Below the pieces are notes generated by a model. The model had not been told where the DNA came from and did not search any database. It saw nothing but the letters and a program-made list of their open reading frames with translations. 64,000 bases of DNA. Source: Nitrospira sp. GTDB lineage: Bacteria > Nitrospirota > Nitrospiria > Nitrospirales > Nitrospiraceae. How positions within the stretch are numbered: position 1 is the first letter of the stretch; the number at the start of each line of letters is the position of its first letter. A program made the position numbers and the translations under genes. Where the stretch lies: assembly GCA_047150005.1 (NCBI GenBank), contig AP038806.1, positions 3,584,001 to 3,648,000 of the forward strand, read 5' to 3'. Below, one piece after another: positions 47,845 to 57,760 of this stretch.

Positions 47845-49134
47845 ATGGCCGAGCTGGTTGAAGACACCGATGTGGTGGTAGTGGGAGCGGGCGGGGGAGG
47901 GGCGGTCCTCGCCCTGGCCCTGGCGCAGAAGGGGATCCGCACCGTCGTCTTGGATCAGGCGCCGGGACCGCCGCAGGGACTGCGGGGCGAGATCCTGCAG
48001 CCGAACGGGCAGGCGGTGTTGGACCGGCTCGGCGTCCTGCAATCGTTACCGGCCGAGGCCACCAGGTCCGTACGGCATTTTCATTTTTGCCGCGCAGGCG
48101 GCCGACGACTCTGCACGATCGACTACGGCGATTTGCCGATGCCCTTCAACCGCGCCATCGTCACGCTGCCGAACGTGGCGCACCATGCCATCGTCGCGGC
48201 CGTCGAACGACAGCCCAGCGTCAGTCTCCGATACCGGACGTCCTTCGCAGGCATCCTGTCGGAGGACGCCCGTGTCACCGGCCTGAGATGCGAAGGCCCC
48301 GACGGAGCGCGGACCATCCGCGCGAAGGTCGTCGTCGGCGCCGACGGGGCGTTTTCGAAAGTGCGCGAAGCGCTGGCGATCCCCGCTTCGGTGCATCTCT
48401 ACCGCGAAGGTTATCTGATCGCCATCATCGAGACCGAGCAGGAACTCACGGATTCGTTCTACTATGTGGGACACCGGCAAATTCTGGGCATATTTCCCGC
48501 CACAGGCAAGAAGGTCTACCTGTTTTACATGATTCCAAGCGGGTCGACCGACGCCGTGAAACAGCGCGGGATTCCGGCGTTGCAGCAGACGTGGAGCGCC
48601 ATCGCCCCGAATTTTGCTCCATTGTTTAACGGGCTGACCGACTGGAATCAAACCGCCTACATGCCGACGGGACGGGTGAAAACGCCGACCTGGGTCCGAA
48701 ACGGAGCCGTCCTCATCGGCGATGCGGCTCATGCCATGAACCCGCATGCCTCGCAGGGACGGATGCAGGCCATGGTCGACGCCATAACCCTGGCCGACCT
48801 CCTTCCGGATTGTCTCCGCGACGGCGACTGTTCGTCGAAACGTCTGCGCGCCTATGAGATCGCGCGCCGACCTCAGGTCACCATGCTGCAGCGGCTGGCC
48901 GACCAGCAAGTCTTCTACTGGAACACCGGCAACCTCGGCATCGCCTTTCTGCGGGACCGCGTGTTCCGGACGTTGGACAGAAATGCGCGACTGCGGTATC
49001 AAGTTCTTTCGACGACCGCCGGCCTGCGGACGACGGAACCCTTCACGCTCCTCGATCGCATCATCGCCGCGGGTTTTCTTCCTGATTTTCGCGCGGGTCA
49101 TTACCCGGCCATCCCCCACGACGGAGGACCATGA
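47845..49134 (+). CDS. FAD-dependent monooxygenase
   Basis: VVGAGGGG, GADG..S.VR, GDAAH.MNP..SQG. Confidence 0.9.
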   Translation: MAELVEDTDVVVVGAGGGGAVLALALAQKGIRTVVLDQAPGPPQGLRGEILQPNGQAVLDRLGVLQSLPAEATRSVRHFHFCRAGGRRLCTIDYGDLPMPFNRAIVTLPNVAHHAIVAAVERQPSVSLRYRTSFAGILSEDARVTGLRCEGPDGARTIRAKVVVGADGAFSKVREALAIPASVHLYREGYLIAIIETEQELTDSFYYVGHRQILGIFPATGKKVYLFYMIPSGSTDAVKQRGIPALQQTWSAIAPNFAPLFNGLTDWNQTAYMPTGRVKTPTWVRNGAVLIGDAAHAMNPHASQGRMQAMVDAITLADLLPDCLRDGDCSSKRLRAYEIARRPQVTMLQRLADQQVFYWNTGNLGIAFLRDRVFRTLDRNARLRYQVLSTTAGLRTTEPFTLLDRIIAAGFLPDFRAGHYPAIPHDGGP

Positions 49135-49874
49135 GCGAACGCATCATCGAGGGACTGCCGGACGACACGCAACGGATCGTGCAGAGCTACGCCAAGGACG
49201 TCAAGCAGGCATTCGGCGAGCGGGTAGAAGGCCTGCTCATCTATGGAAGCGCCGTCCGCGGCGAATTCCTACCGGGCCGTTCGAATCTCAATATGCTGCT
49301 CCTGATGGCCTCCTACAACGCGGAGACGCTTCGCGCCTATGCACCGCTGCACAAACGCTGGAGCAAAGAACAAATCGTCGTGCCGCTGTTCCTCACGGAC
49401 CAGGAACTGACCGACTCCTCGGCGCTCTTTCCCCTGGAGTTTCTGGAAATTCAGGACTGCCATCGAGTGCTGGGGGGACGCGATCCGTTCGTCGGCTATC
49501 ATATCAATAGGGACCGCCTCGGCGATCAGGTTCTCCAAGGACTTGCCGGCCATGTGCTTCGCCTGCGGCAACGTTTTGCCGAGGCAGGCGGCGCCGACGA
49601 TGCGGTGACCATTCTGCTCCCGCTGTCCGTGACCTCCGTCGTTCCGCTGCTCAGGGGACTCCAACGGTTGCTGAACCGGCCGGTCTCGACTCAATCTGAT
49701 GCCGTCATCTCGGACATGGCCGGACACTTCAAGATCGATTTGCAAGGCCTGCGCGACGCGCTGGCGCTCAAGCGCGGGCAGATGACTCCCGGCCGGAGTG
49801 AAGTTCCACGCCTGTTCGATCGCTACCTGCAGGCCGTCTCGATCCTGTCCTCCACCGCGCTCACGCTGCGATGA
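49131..49874 (+). CDS. Nucleotidyltransferase-fold protein with degenerate catalytic motif
   Basis: YGSAVRGE....SNLN; FPLEFLEI. Confidence 0.7.
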   Translation: MSERIIEGLPDDTQRIVQSYAKDVKQAFGERVEGLLIYGSAVRGEFLPGRSNLNMLLLMASYNAETLRAYAPLHKRWSKEQIVVPLFLTDQELTDSSALFPLEFLEIQDCHRVLGGRDPFVGYHINRDRLGDQVLQGLAGHVLRLRQRFAEAGGADDAVTILLPLSVTSVVPLLRGLQRLLNRPVSTQSDAVISDMAGHFKIDLQGLRDALALKRGQMTPGRSEVPRLFDRYLQAVSILSSTALTLR

Positions 49875-50608
49875 GACGCAAACTTCTCCTGATCGTATCC
49901 GGATTCGTGCTGTTCATTGGAACGGCCTCGGTAACAGCCTCGGCCCGCCCCTATGACCGGCCGACGGTCAAGCTGCCGGATCCGATGGGCTACGTCAGCG
50001 ATCACGCCCAGATTCTGGATACAGATTGGAAAGCGAGAATCAGATCGGTCTGTCAGGACCTCGAGCGAAAGACCGGTGTGGAGATGGTCGTGGTGACCGT
50101 ACCGACGATCAAGCCCTTCGGCTCGGCCAACGACTTCGCCGACGCGCTGTATGAGAAATGGGGCATCGGCTCGACGCAGCAAGAACATGGCATTCTCGTG
50201 CTCCTTGCCGTCGACGAGCGGCAGGCGGCCATGACACTCGGAAGGCAGATGTTGCCGGTCATTACGCCGGCCGTGATGAATCAAGTCGGCAACGAGTATC
50301 TCCATCCGGCCGTGGAACGGGGACATTTCGACGAAGGACTCTATCGAACCGTAGTCGCCCTGGCCTCCGCATCCCAAGAGGTCAGAACCGGAACCCTCTC
50401 CAAGACGCACTACCGAAAACTGGGTATCTGGATCACCGTCTTGACCAGTCTCGGGGCGTTGCTGTTTCTCTGGTGGATCAGCCGGCCGGATCTTCGGCAT
50501 CCTTACCGACGGATCAGAAAAGCAGAATATTGGGGAACAGGACAGGGCGGATTCGGCGGCAACTGGGGCGGGTTCGGAGGAGGCACGAGCGGAGAGGGGT
50601 ATACGTAG
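49871..50608 (+). CDS. TPM-domain membrane protein
   Basis: YVSD.A.IL, WGIG......GIL.L.A, Gly-rich tail. Confidence 0.88.
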   Translation: MRRKLLLIVSGFVLFIGTASVTASARPYDRPTVKLPDPMGYVSDHAQILDTDWKARIRSVCQDLERKTGVEMVVVTVPTIKPFGSANDFADALYEKWGIGSTQQEHGILVLLAVDERQAAMTLGRQMLPVITPAVMNQVGNEYLHPAVERGHFDEGLYRTVVALASASQEVRTGTLSKTHYRKLGIWITVLTSLGALLFLWWISRPDLRHPYRRIRKAEYWGTGQGGFGGNWGGFGGGTSGEGYT

Positions 50609-50671
50609 CGACCACGAGCGAAACTCGCGCCACACCGTAGCATGACCCCATTTGCCTCCATGCAGACCTAG

Positions 50672-51849
50672 GGAAGGTCTGATTTATTCACATTTCCACT
50701 CAGAAATTTGTTCCTGGGCTGATCAGCAGGACGAATCCGGTAGGCATCCGCTGGTCCGGGAGCCTGTTCATGGGGCGCACCCACCGTCCGATGGCTCGTT
50801 GCCAGTCTCCGGACCCCCGTTCCCTACGTCTCCGCCAAAAGCCGTCGCCGCACCATGTACAGATTGGCCAAGCCGCAGCTGATCTGGAGCCAGTGGGTGT
50901 TCTTCGCCAACCCACGGTACCGGACTTTGGCCCAGCCGAAGATCCGCTTCATCACCAAGAACACATGTTCGACCTTCGCACGGACCTTCGACTTCGTCCG
51001 GTTCCTGGCCCGCTCCGGTTCACTCAGCGGCTGATGGCGATGGGCTTTCGTCTGCACGAAGCTCTTGGCCCTGGGGGCGTGGCGCTGCATCACGTCACGT
51101 TGCCCGCTATAAGCTGAGTCGCCCCACACCCGGGTCTCCTGCCCATGCAGCAGTTTGGGCAACACCTGACTGTCATGGATATTCGCCGCCGTGGCCGCGA
51201 CCGAATGAATCAGCTTGGTGCGGCTGTCCACGCCAATATGGGCCTTCATGCCGAAGTACCACTGGTTTCCCTTCTTTGTCTGATGCATCTCCGGATCCCG
51301 CTCCTTCGTACGATTCTTCGTCGAACTGGGGGCACTGATAATGGTGGCATCCACGATGGTGCCCCGGCTCACGGTCAAGCCCTGCGCCGCCAGATACGTG
51401 CCGATCCGCGCAAAGAGCTGTTTCCCCAACTCGTGGGCCTCCAAGAGATGCCGAAACTTGCAGATGGTCGTCTCGTCGGGCACGGGCTCACGGCCCAGAT
51501 CAATGCCCACGAACTGCCGCATGGCCCGCGAGTCGTACAACGCTTCCTCCACGGCGGGGTCCGACAGGTTGAACCATTGTTGCAGACAATGGAGGCGCAG
51601 CATGCGTTCGATCCCGATCGGTGGACGCCCCGGGCCCTCGGCCTTGGGATAGACCGGCTCGATCACGGCCACCAACTCCGCCCACGGCACCACGCGATCC
51701 ATCTCGTCGAGGAACCGCTCGCGGCGGGTGGGTTTGCGATACTGTTCGAACGTGCCCTCGGCAAAGGTCTGTTGCGGCATGGGGGTGCCTCCTCAGAAGT
51801 GAGGCGCCATCCTTAGCATATCTCGGAAGAGGAATAAATCAGACCTTCC
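50672..51849 (-). mobile_element. IS5-family element (1178 bp)
   Basis: Perfect 18-bp IR GGAAGGTCTGATTTATTC; CTAG target duplication. Confidence 0.96.
50824..51780 (-). CDS. IS5 transposase
   Basis: VDATII, KKGNQWYFGMKAHIGVD, GDSAY, RAKVEH.F. Confidence 0.96.
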   Translation of the reverse strand: MPQQTFAEGTFEQYRKPTRRERFLDEMDRVVPWAELVAVIEPVYPKAEGPGRPPIGIERMLRLHCLQQWFNLSDPAVEEALYDSRAMRQFVGIDLGREPVPDETTICKFRHLLEAHELGKQLFARIGTYLAAQGLTVSRGTIVDATIISAPSSTKNRTKERDPEMHQTKKGNQWYFGMKAHIGVDSRTKLIHSVAATAANIHDSQVLPKLLHGQETRVWGDSAYSGQRDVMQRHAPRAKSFVQTKAHRHQPLSEPERARNRTKSKVRAKVEHVFLVMKRIFGWAKVRYRGLAKNTHWLQISCGLANLYMVRRRLLAET

Positions 51850-52118
51850 CTAGACGATCATGGCACTACGTGCTTGCCCTTCGAGCACAATTCCTCCGTA
51901 CGGTATTTCCTACGTTTCTACATGACCTCTCTGTGAGACGTTCGACCACTCACCCGCACCTCAAGCGACTCATCACCCCGAGATTTATCACGGAAGTTCT
52001 CACACCCGGAGCTTAACCGCTCTGGCACACGTGTTGCTCGGCTCTCCCTCCTCGGGCCTCGCCGGAACCGCATCCTGATTCAGACTCGAGAACGATCCGA
52101 GTACACAAAGGAGGACTC

Positions 52119-53741
52119 ATGCCGCCCGCAAACCGATCCCATATCAGATCCGCCGCGCTGGCCACGATAGTTGGATGCTCGACTTTCGCAGCCGTGTCCC
52201 CGTTCATGGCTTCGGCGGACACGCTTTTTCTCAAGTCGCCGAGACAGCCGTCACGCTCCGATGACTCGTTCATTCGCATGTTTCCCGGACTTCCTCCCTT
52301 CGCCCCCGCGACCGACGAGATGCGGGACAAAGCGAAGAAGGTCGGCGAAGCCGGCGGCATTCTGGACGCGAAGGATCTGTTGACCGATCCGATCCAATCA
52401 ATCACGAACCCGGCCGTGTTCAGCCCGAACAATCCCGACAATCCCAACATGACCGCTGGCATGACTTTTCTTGGTCAGTTCATTGACCATGACCTGACGC
52501 TCGATCCCAAGTCACCGTTGCTGCAGGACGCCGATCCCCGACGCACCACTAACTTCCGTACCGCGGCATTTGATCTCGACAGCGTATACGGCGACGGTCC
52601 GAAGGATTCGCCGGAACTCTACGACCGCAGTTCCGGGGACATCAAGATGCGCATCGAAGCGTTGCCCGGATCGGAAGCGGTATCGCGCAAAGGAGCGGTC
52701 CGTTACGATGTGCCGCGCGATGCCAGCAACAACGCCATCATCGGCGACAGTCGAAACGACGAAAACGTCGTCATCAGCCAATTTCACCTGGCGATGCTGC
52801 GCTTTCACAACGCCGTGATCGACAATCTGCGTGCGAAACCGGAGCTGGCAAAGGCCGCCCCGGACCGCATTTTTCAAATGGCGCAGCGCATGGTCCAGTG
52901 GCACTACCAGTGGATCGTGCTCCATGAATTTCTTCCGATGACCATCGGACAGGATCGCGTGGACGATATCCTGCGCGGCGGCACGAAGTTCTATAACGGG
53001 GACGATGCGCGGTTCAGAAATCTGCGCGGCAACCCGCAGATCCCGGTGGAATTCTCGGTGTCCGCCTATCGATTCGGCCATTCCCAAGTTCGTCCGAGCT
53101 ACCGCCTGAACTTCGGGCCGGACGGCGGGAATCCGGTGTTCGTCTTCATCTTCGACGACAGCAACGATCCAAACGATCCGGACCCGGCCGACATGCGCGG
53201 AGGCAAGCGAGCCGCGCGTCGCTTCATCGACTGGCAGACCTTTTTCAATTTCGGGGACAGCAACTTCCGCTCGAACAAGCGCATCGACGCCAAATTGTCC
53301 ACGCCGCTGATGCACCTGCTGGGCTCACGCGGCCCGGCTCCAGGCATGCCGCAGGACGGGGTGCAATCGCTGGCATCCCGCAATCTGATGAGACACGTCA
53401 ACTTCGGGCTCCCGTCCGGGCAGGCCATCGCCCGACTCATGGGGGTGCAGGTGCTTACACCCGCCCAATTGATCGAATTGCAGCCGTATAGCATGGATCG
53501 AAGCACGCCGCTCTGGTACTACGTGCTCAAGGAGGCCCAAGTACTGGAAGACGGAGTTCGGATGGGACCGGTGGGAGGACGGATCGTGGGAGAAGTGTTC
53601 ATCGGCCTGCTTAAGGCGGACCGGAGTTCATATCTGACGGCGGATCGGAACTGGAAGCCGACCTTGCCGTCTGCGACGGCCGGCGACTTCAAAGTCACGG
53701 ACCTGCTCCGGTTTGCCGGCGTGGTACCGCCGTTGAACTGA
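52119..53741 (+). CDS. Heme peroxidase, peroxidase-cyclooxygenase superfamily, exported
   Basis: GQFIDHD, D.RNDEN, AYRFGHS, TPLWYYVLKEA. Confidence 0.9.
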   Translation: MPPANRSHIRSAALATIVGCSTFAAVSPFMASADTLFLKSPRQPSRSDDSFIRMFPGLPPFAPATDEMRDKAKKVGEAGGILDAKDLLTDPIQSITNPAVFSPNNPDNPNMTAGMTFLGQFIDHDLTLDPKSPLLQDADPRRTTNFRTAAFDLDSVYGDGPKDSPELYDRSSGDIKMRIEALPGSEAVSRKGAVRYDVPRDASNNAIIGDSRNDENVVISQFHLAMLRFHNAVIDNLRAKPELAKAAPDRIFQMAQRMVQWHYQWIVLHEFLPMTIGQDRVDDILRGGTKFYNGDDARFRNLRGNPQIPVEFSVSAYRFGHSQVRPSYRLNFGPDGGNPVFVFIFDDSNDPNDPDPADMRGGKRAARRFIDWQTFFNFGDSNFRSNKRIDAKLSTPLMHLLGSRGPAPGMPQDGVQSLASRNLMRHVNFGLPSGQAIARLMGVQVLTPAQLIELQPYSMDRSTPLWYYVLKEAQVLEDGVRMGPVGGRIVGEVFIGLLKADRSSYLTADRNWKPTLPSATAGDFKVTDLLRFAGVVPPLN

Positions 53742-53757
53742 GCCGTGGGCAGACTGA

Positions 53758-54243
53758 TCAGTGAGACGCTGCGGCGCCTGCTTCAGGCGCCGCAGCCCCG
53801 AGGCCTGACTGTTTGCCGCCCCAATTGGTGGCGGTGACACAGACGCCGGCTTCACGGTCCGAAACCGGAATGTCGCGGATCGTCACCTGCGCTCCGCCGC
53901 GGGCGTCATTGGTCCAGATGCGGAACGCCTTCGGCTTCGATTCCGGCCCGGTGAGATAAATTGTCGTGAAGGCCAGGGTGGTCAGTGCGATCCCATTCTG
54001 ATCCTGAGTCGGTTCGCGATAGGACACGATGATCTTCTGCTTTCCCTCAGGAAGCGACACCGTCAAGGTCGGACAGTCGGAAGGGAGTACGGGATCAAGA
54101 GTCGTCTCTTTTCTTAGTTCCTCGCTTAACGCATTCTTGACGAGGGTCTTCGAAGTGAGCGTTTCACATGCGGCGGAGAGGAGTCCCAGAGCAACCAGTG
54201 CGCAGACCTGCGCACCCGCGAATATCCCGTAAGCTCTTTTCAT
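53758..54243 (-). CDS. Hypothetical lipoprotein
   Basis: Lipobox SAAC; ATGA overlap with the upstream gene. Confidence 0.7.
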   Translation of the reverse strand: MKRAYGIFAGAQVCALVALGLLSAACETLTSKTLVKNALSEELRKETTLDPVLPSDCPTLTVSLPEGKQKIIVSYREPTQDQNGIALTTLAFTTIYLTGPESKPKAFRIWTNDARGGAQVTIRDIPVSDREAGVCVTATNWGGKQSGLGAAAPEAGAAASH

Positions 54244-54710
54244 GGCGTCAATTCATCCTCCAGTCTGATTAAAGCCGCCGCTCGGCGGCGCGGGACGACG
54301 CGTCCCTCTTCCAAATCCTGAAGATCGGCCCAACTGGTCAAGTCGGTTCGCAAAGGATCGACGGCATCCCGATAGGCGTTGAACCGTTTCAGACTCTCTG
54401 CGGAACTCGGCCCCCTGAGCAGCAGAGCCGTATTCCACTGGTCCAACTCAACCGGCGACCGAGGTCTCGCCGTCCGCTGAAACCAGGCGATCACCCCTTC
54501 GTCGGACGGCGAAATGCTCACCGTCCTGGTAAACTGCTCGGCCGTAATTTCGGCAAACTCCATCAACCGCTCGTCCATGGGACAGGGATAAATGTATTCG
54601 CCTTCGGTTCCGGCCAGCACCGCGCGGCATTTGTCGATCATGCGCCCCAAGTGTACGTACCCGGCGAGCTTCACCCTCATGCTCCTCGGGAACGAGTTCC
54701 GGAGATCCAT
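54240..54710 (-). CDS. DUF5069-like protein
   Basis: PRS....LAGYVHL.RMIDK.RA...G..GEY.YPCP.D. Confidence 0.8.
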   Translation of the reverse strand: MDLRNSFPRSMRVKLAGYVHLGRMIDKCRAVLAGTEGEYIYPCPMDERLMEFAEITAEQFTRTVSISPSDEGVIAWFQRTARPRSPVELDQWNTALLLRGPSSAESLKRFNAYRDAVDPLRTDLTSWADLQDLEEGRVVPRRRAAALIRLEDELTP

Positions 54711-54714
54711 CCGT

Positions 54715-55389
54715 TCACAGCAGCCGGTGATTGGAAAACGTGAGGCTCTTGACCACCACGCGGCCGTTCTCATAGCTGATGATCCGTCTCGTGCCGGGCA
54801 GGTCGGAGTCGCCGACCCGTACGTGGCTATCGCTGAAGCTCTCCACGTTGTTCAGCTTGCCGTCCTTGGGGGAGTAGTAGTAGACCGTATATCGGGTCGT
54901 GAGATTTTTGCCGTCTTGGGTGACGGCACTGTCCTCGACGTTGATCGTGAACGCGAACGGAGCCATGCCGGGGTGGGCCATCGTCCGATTGATCTGGGTG
55001 ATCCGGTCGTTCTTCAACCGATAAAACGAGTTGGAGCCGTGAATGTGGAGCTTGACGCCGAGCGGATGACCGTCCTCCTCCATGGTCAGCGAATACTTCC
55101 CGTCGGACTCCTCGAAGCTGCGCGGTCCGCGATGAACGGCAATCATGCCCAGCTGCTCCTGCGCCCATTTCTGAATGTCGCCGTCTGGCAGTTGCACCGA
55201 CACCTCGCGCGGACCTTTGACCATGATCGGGCCGGTGATCTCCGCCCCGTCGACGTTGACGGTCAGATCGGCCGTGAACCCTTTGAAGTCTTTCTGCCAT
55301 CGGGCTGTTTTTTCAAACGCTTTTCTCAAGGCTTCACGCGCGCGGGGATCGTCGGCTACGGTCGGTCGCTCTGGTGTCTGTTCATCCAT
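54715..55389 (-). CDS. DUF3386-like protein
   Basis: W..DF.GFTAD, M.AVHR..R.FEE. Confidence 0.75.
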   Translation of the reverse strand: MDEQTPERPTVADDPRAREALRKAFEKTARWQKDFKGFTADLTVNVDGAEITGPIMVKGPREVSVQLPDGDIQKWAQEQLGMIAVHRGPRSFEESDGKYSLTMEEDGHPLGVKLHIHGSNSFYRLKNDRITQINRTMAHPGMAPFAFTINVEDSAVTQDGKNLTTRYTVYYYSPKDGKLNNVESFSDSHVRVGDSDLPGTRRIISYENGRVVVKSLTFSNHRLL

Positions 55390-55613
55390 GGGGTTCTCCA
55401 AAAGAGTGAAGGTCTATAAGGGATCCTCTCACGACTGATTATACTCGTCTTCCGGAAGGGCGCTCAATGGGGGAGCATTTTCAAATGTCTTTCGACTCTG
55501 TTATAGTTCGATAATTTTTCCGGATCTCCCTCCCAACGGGGGAGCTGCAGCGATGAAGAATCGGGGGAAGCGAGATGGAACGAAGGGCAGCGTCGCATAC
55601 CGAAGAAGAAGAG

Positions 55614-55910
55614 ATGAACCAGCGGCGTCGTCTTCTGAATGCCGCGAAGAAGGGCGACCAGAAGGCCGTGGCGAAACTCTTTGAGCTGTATCAAGTTCGC
55701 GTCTACAACAGCGAAATGGTGAACAAGCTGAACCGCGCGGCCGGCACACACAAGCTGCAGGGCAAAGGGGCTGCTGCAAAACAGTCGAAGGGAGCCGCGG
55801 CCGCGAAGCATGCCCAGATGAAAGGCCAGCATCAACGGGGAAAAACCGCACCGTTGAAGAAGTCCGTTCCTCACTCGACGAAGGATCGGGCTGCGAAACA
55901 CAAGAAGTGA
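55614..55910 (+). CDS. Basic hypothetical protein with Lys/Ala-rich tail
   Basis: Helical N-terminus plus KGAAA repeats; start uncertain (55575 or 55614). Confidence 0.6.
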   Translation: MNQRRRLLNAAKKGDQKAVAKLFELYQVRVYNSEMVNKLNRAAGTHKLQGKGAAAKQSKGAAAAKHAQMKGQHQRGKTAPLKKSVPHSTKDRAAKHKK

Positions 55911-55920
55911 TCCGGCGCGG

Positions 55921-56217
55921 CTATTGAACCGCCACGCGCAACCCGCCCTTGCCCAGCTTTCCGGCAATCTCCTCCGCCTGTTTCCAGTCGCCGGTGAACA
56001 CGACGGCTTCTCCATGATGATCGATCTTCCAGGCCAACTCGAAGGCTCTAGATGCGGTCATCCCGGGAATACATTCGCAAAACAGCCCGATGACCTGTTG
56101 ATAGGTGTGACAGTCGCAGTTGTAGACGACGACGCGGGCCTCGAGACCGTCGCCGGCGCCGGTCGAAGGCGTTTCCGTAGCCAAGGGAGTCGCGACTGGT
56201 GTGGGGGATTCGGCCAT
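55921..56217 (-). CDS. clpS: ClpS adaptor
   Basis: VVVYNCDCHT...V, IDHHGEAVV. Confidence 0.8.
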   Translation of the reverse strand: MAESPTPVATPLATETPSTGAGDGLEARVVVYNCDCHTYQQVIGLFCECIPGMTASRAFELAWKIDHHGEAVVFTGDWKQAEEIAGKLGKGGLRVAVQ

Positions 56218-56388
56218 AGGCTCCGGAATTCTAGCAGAGTTGCGCGCTACGATTAACATCCAGGTCGAGGGACCGCCTCGGCGTGTCCGCCCCCTTCGTT
56301 CATCGAACGATTCTCACACATCGCCACAATCAGAACCGTCTCGCACCATTCATCGACAAAGCCGGGGGCCCATGCTAGGGTGCCGACA

Positions 56389-57462
56389 ATGAAGGATCTC
56401 TTCAGATCTTGGCTCGATGTCTTGCTCATTTTTGTCCCGGTCTCGGTGGCCCTGGAGCTGTTCCATGCCGACCCGCTCGCGGTATTTGTCTGTTCCGCTC
56501 TGGCCATCATTCCGCTCGCCGGTGTCCTTGGGCGCGCGACCGAACACCTGTCCTCCCATGTCGGAGAAGGAATCGGGGGGCTGCTCAACGCCTCTCTCGG
56601 CAACGCCGCGGAGTTGATTATCGCGCTGGCGGCATTACGAAACGGCCTGCACGATGTCGTCAAGGCGTCGCTCACCGGATCGATTCTGGGCAATATCCTT
56701 CTCGTTCTCGGCGCCGCCATGATCGCCGGCGGCATCAAATACGAACGGCAGAAGTTCAACCAAACGGCGGCCGGTATGGGATCGAGCTTGTTGCTTCTCG
56801 CCGCCGTCGGCTTGACCATTCCCGCAGTCTTTCATCTGACGGCGGCCTCGCAAGGCGCAGCGGTCGAACGAGAACTGAGTCTCGAGATCGCGATTGTATT
56901 ATTCGCCATTTACGTGTTGAGTCTCGTGTTTTCCTTGAAGACGCATCGTCATGTCTATGTCGGCGAGGGACATGGCCCTGCCGACCTCGGTGAAATCCAA
57001 TGGACCCAGACCAAATCAACCGTGGTCCTGAGTGCAACCACCGTCCTTATTGCCGTCATGAGCGAGATGCTCGTGGGAGCCTTGGAGCCGGCGGCCCGCC
57101 GCCTCGGCATGACGCAACTCTTCGTCGGCGTCGTGCTCGTCGCCTTGGTGGGCAACGCCGCCGAACATTCGACCGCCGTCATGGTGGCGGTGAAGAACAA
57201 GATGGATCTGGCACTCGGCATCGCCGTGGGATCCAGCCTTCAGATCGCGCTCTTGGTCGCGCCGGTCCTCGTGTTCGCCAGCTACTGCTTCGGCAAACCG
57301 CTCGACTTGATCTTCACGCCCTTCGAGGTAGCCGCCGTCACCATGTCCGTATTGATCGTCGGTTTCGTCGCCATGGACGGCGAATCACACTGGATGGAGG
57401 GAGTCATGCTGGTGGGAGTCTACGCGATGCTGGCGGTGGCGTTTTTTTTCCTGCCTGCCTAG
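56389..57462 (+). CDS. Ca2+/H+ exchanger (CAX family)
   Basis: Two GNAAE repeats, [14 protein letters not shown]. Confidence 0.93.
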   Translation: MKDLFRSWLDVLLIFVPVSVALELFHADPLAVFVCSALAIIPLAGVLGRATEHLSSHVGEGIGGLLNASLGNAAELIIALAALRNGLHDVVKASLTGSILGNILLVLGAAMIAGGIKYERQKFNQTAAGMGSSLLLLAAVGLTIPAVFHLTAASQGAAVERELSLEIAIVLFAIYVLSLVFSLKTHRHVYVGEGHGPADLGEIQWTQTKSTVVLSATTVLIAVMSEMLVGALEPAARRLGMTQLFVGVVLVALVGNAAEHSTAVMVAVKNKMDLALGIAVGSSLQIALLVAPVLVFASYCFGKPLDLIFTPFEVAAVTMSVLIVGFVAMDGESHWMEGVMLVGVYAMLAVAFFFLPA

Positions 57463-57476
57463 CGCGTGACGACGGG

Positions 57477-57686
57477 TTAGAACCGATCCATGTCGATGAC
57501 TTCCGTGGCATCCCAGAGATTCTTGCTCTCGGCATCCGCCAGGGCCTTCACCCGATCCTCTTCCGTCTCCTCGCCATACTGGCCAGGCGAAGCCGGCTTG
57601 GCGGCAGGATCTGGCTGACTAGGCGGCTTCGCCGCCGAAGAAGGTGTCTGTCGACGCTTCTTGGCTGGATCCATGTTCACCGGCAC
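57477..57686 (-). CDS. Small hypothetical protein
   Basis: GAGGAGG RBS before GTG. Confidence 0.55.
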   Translation of the reverse strand: MPVNMDPAKKRRQTPSSAAKPPSQPDPAAKPASPGQYGEETEEDRVKALADAESKNLWDATEVIDMDRF

Positions 57687-57760
57687 GTGCGGTTCCTCCT
57701 CAGGCCTTTCATGCAGTTTCCCCCTCCCGGAAAGGAAAAGTCAATCTCGCGGTTGACACA

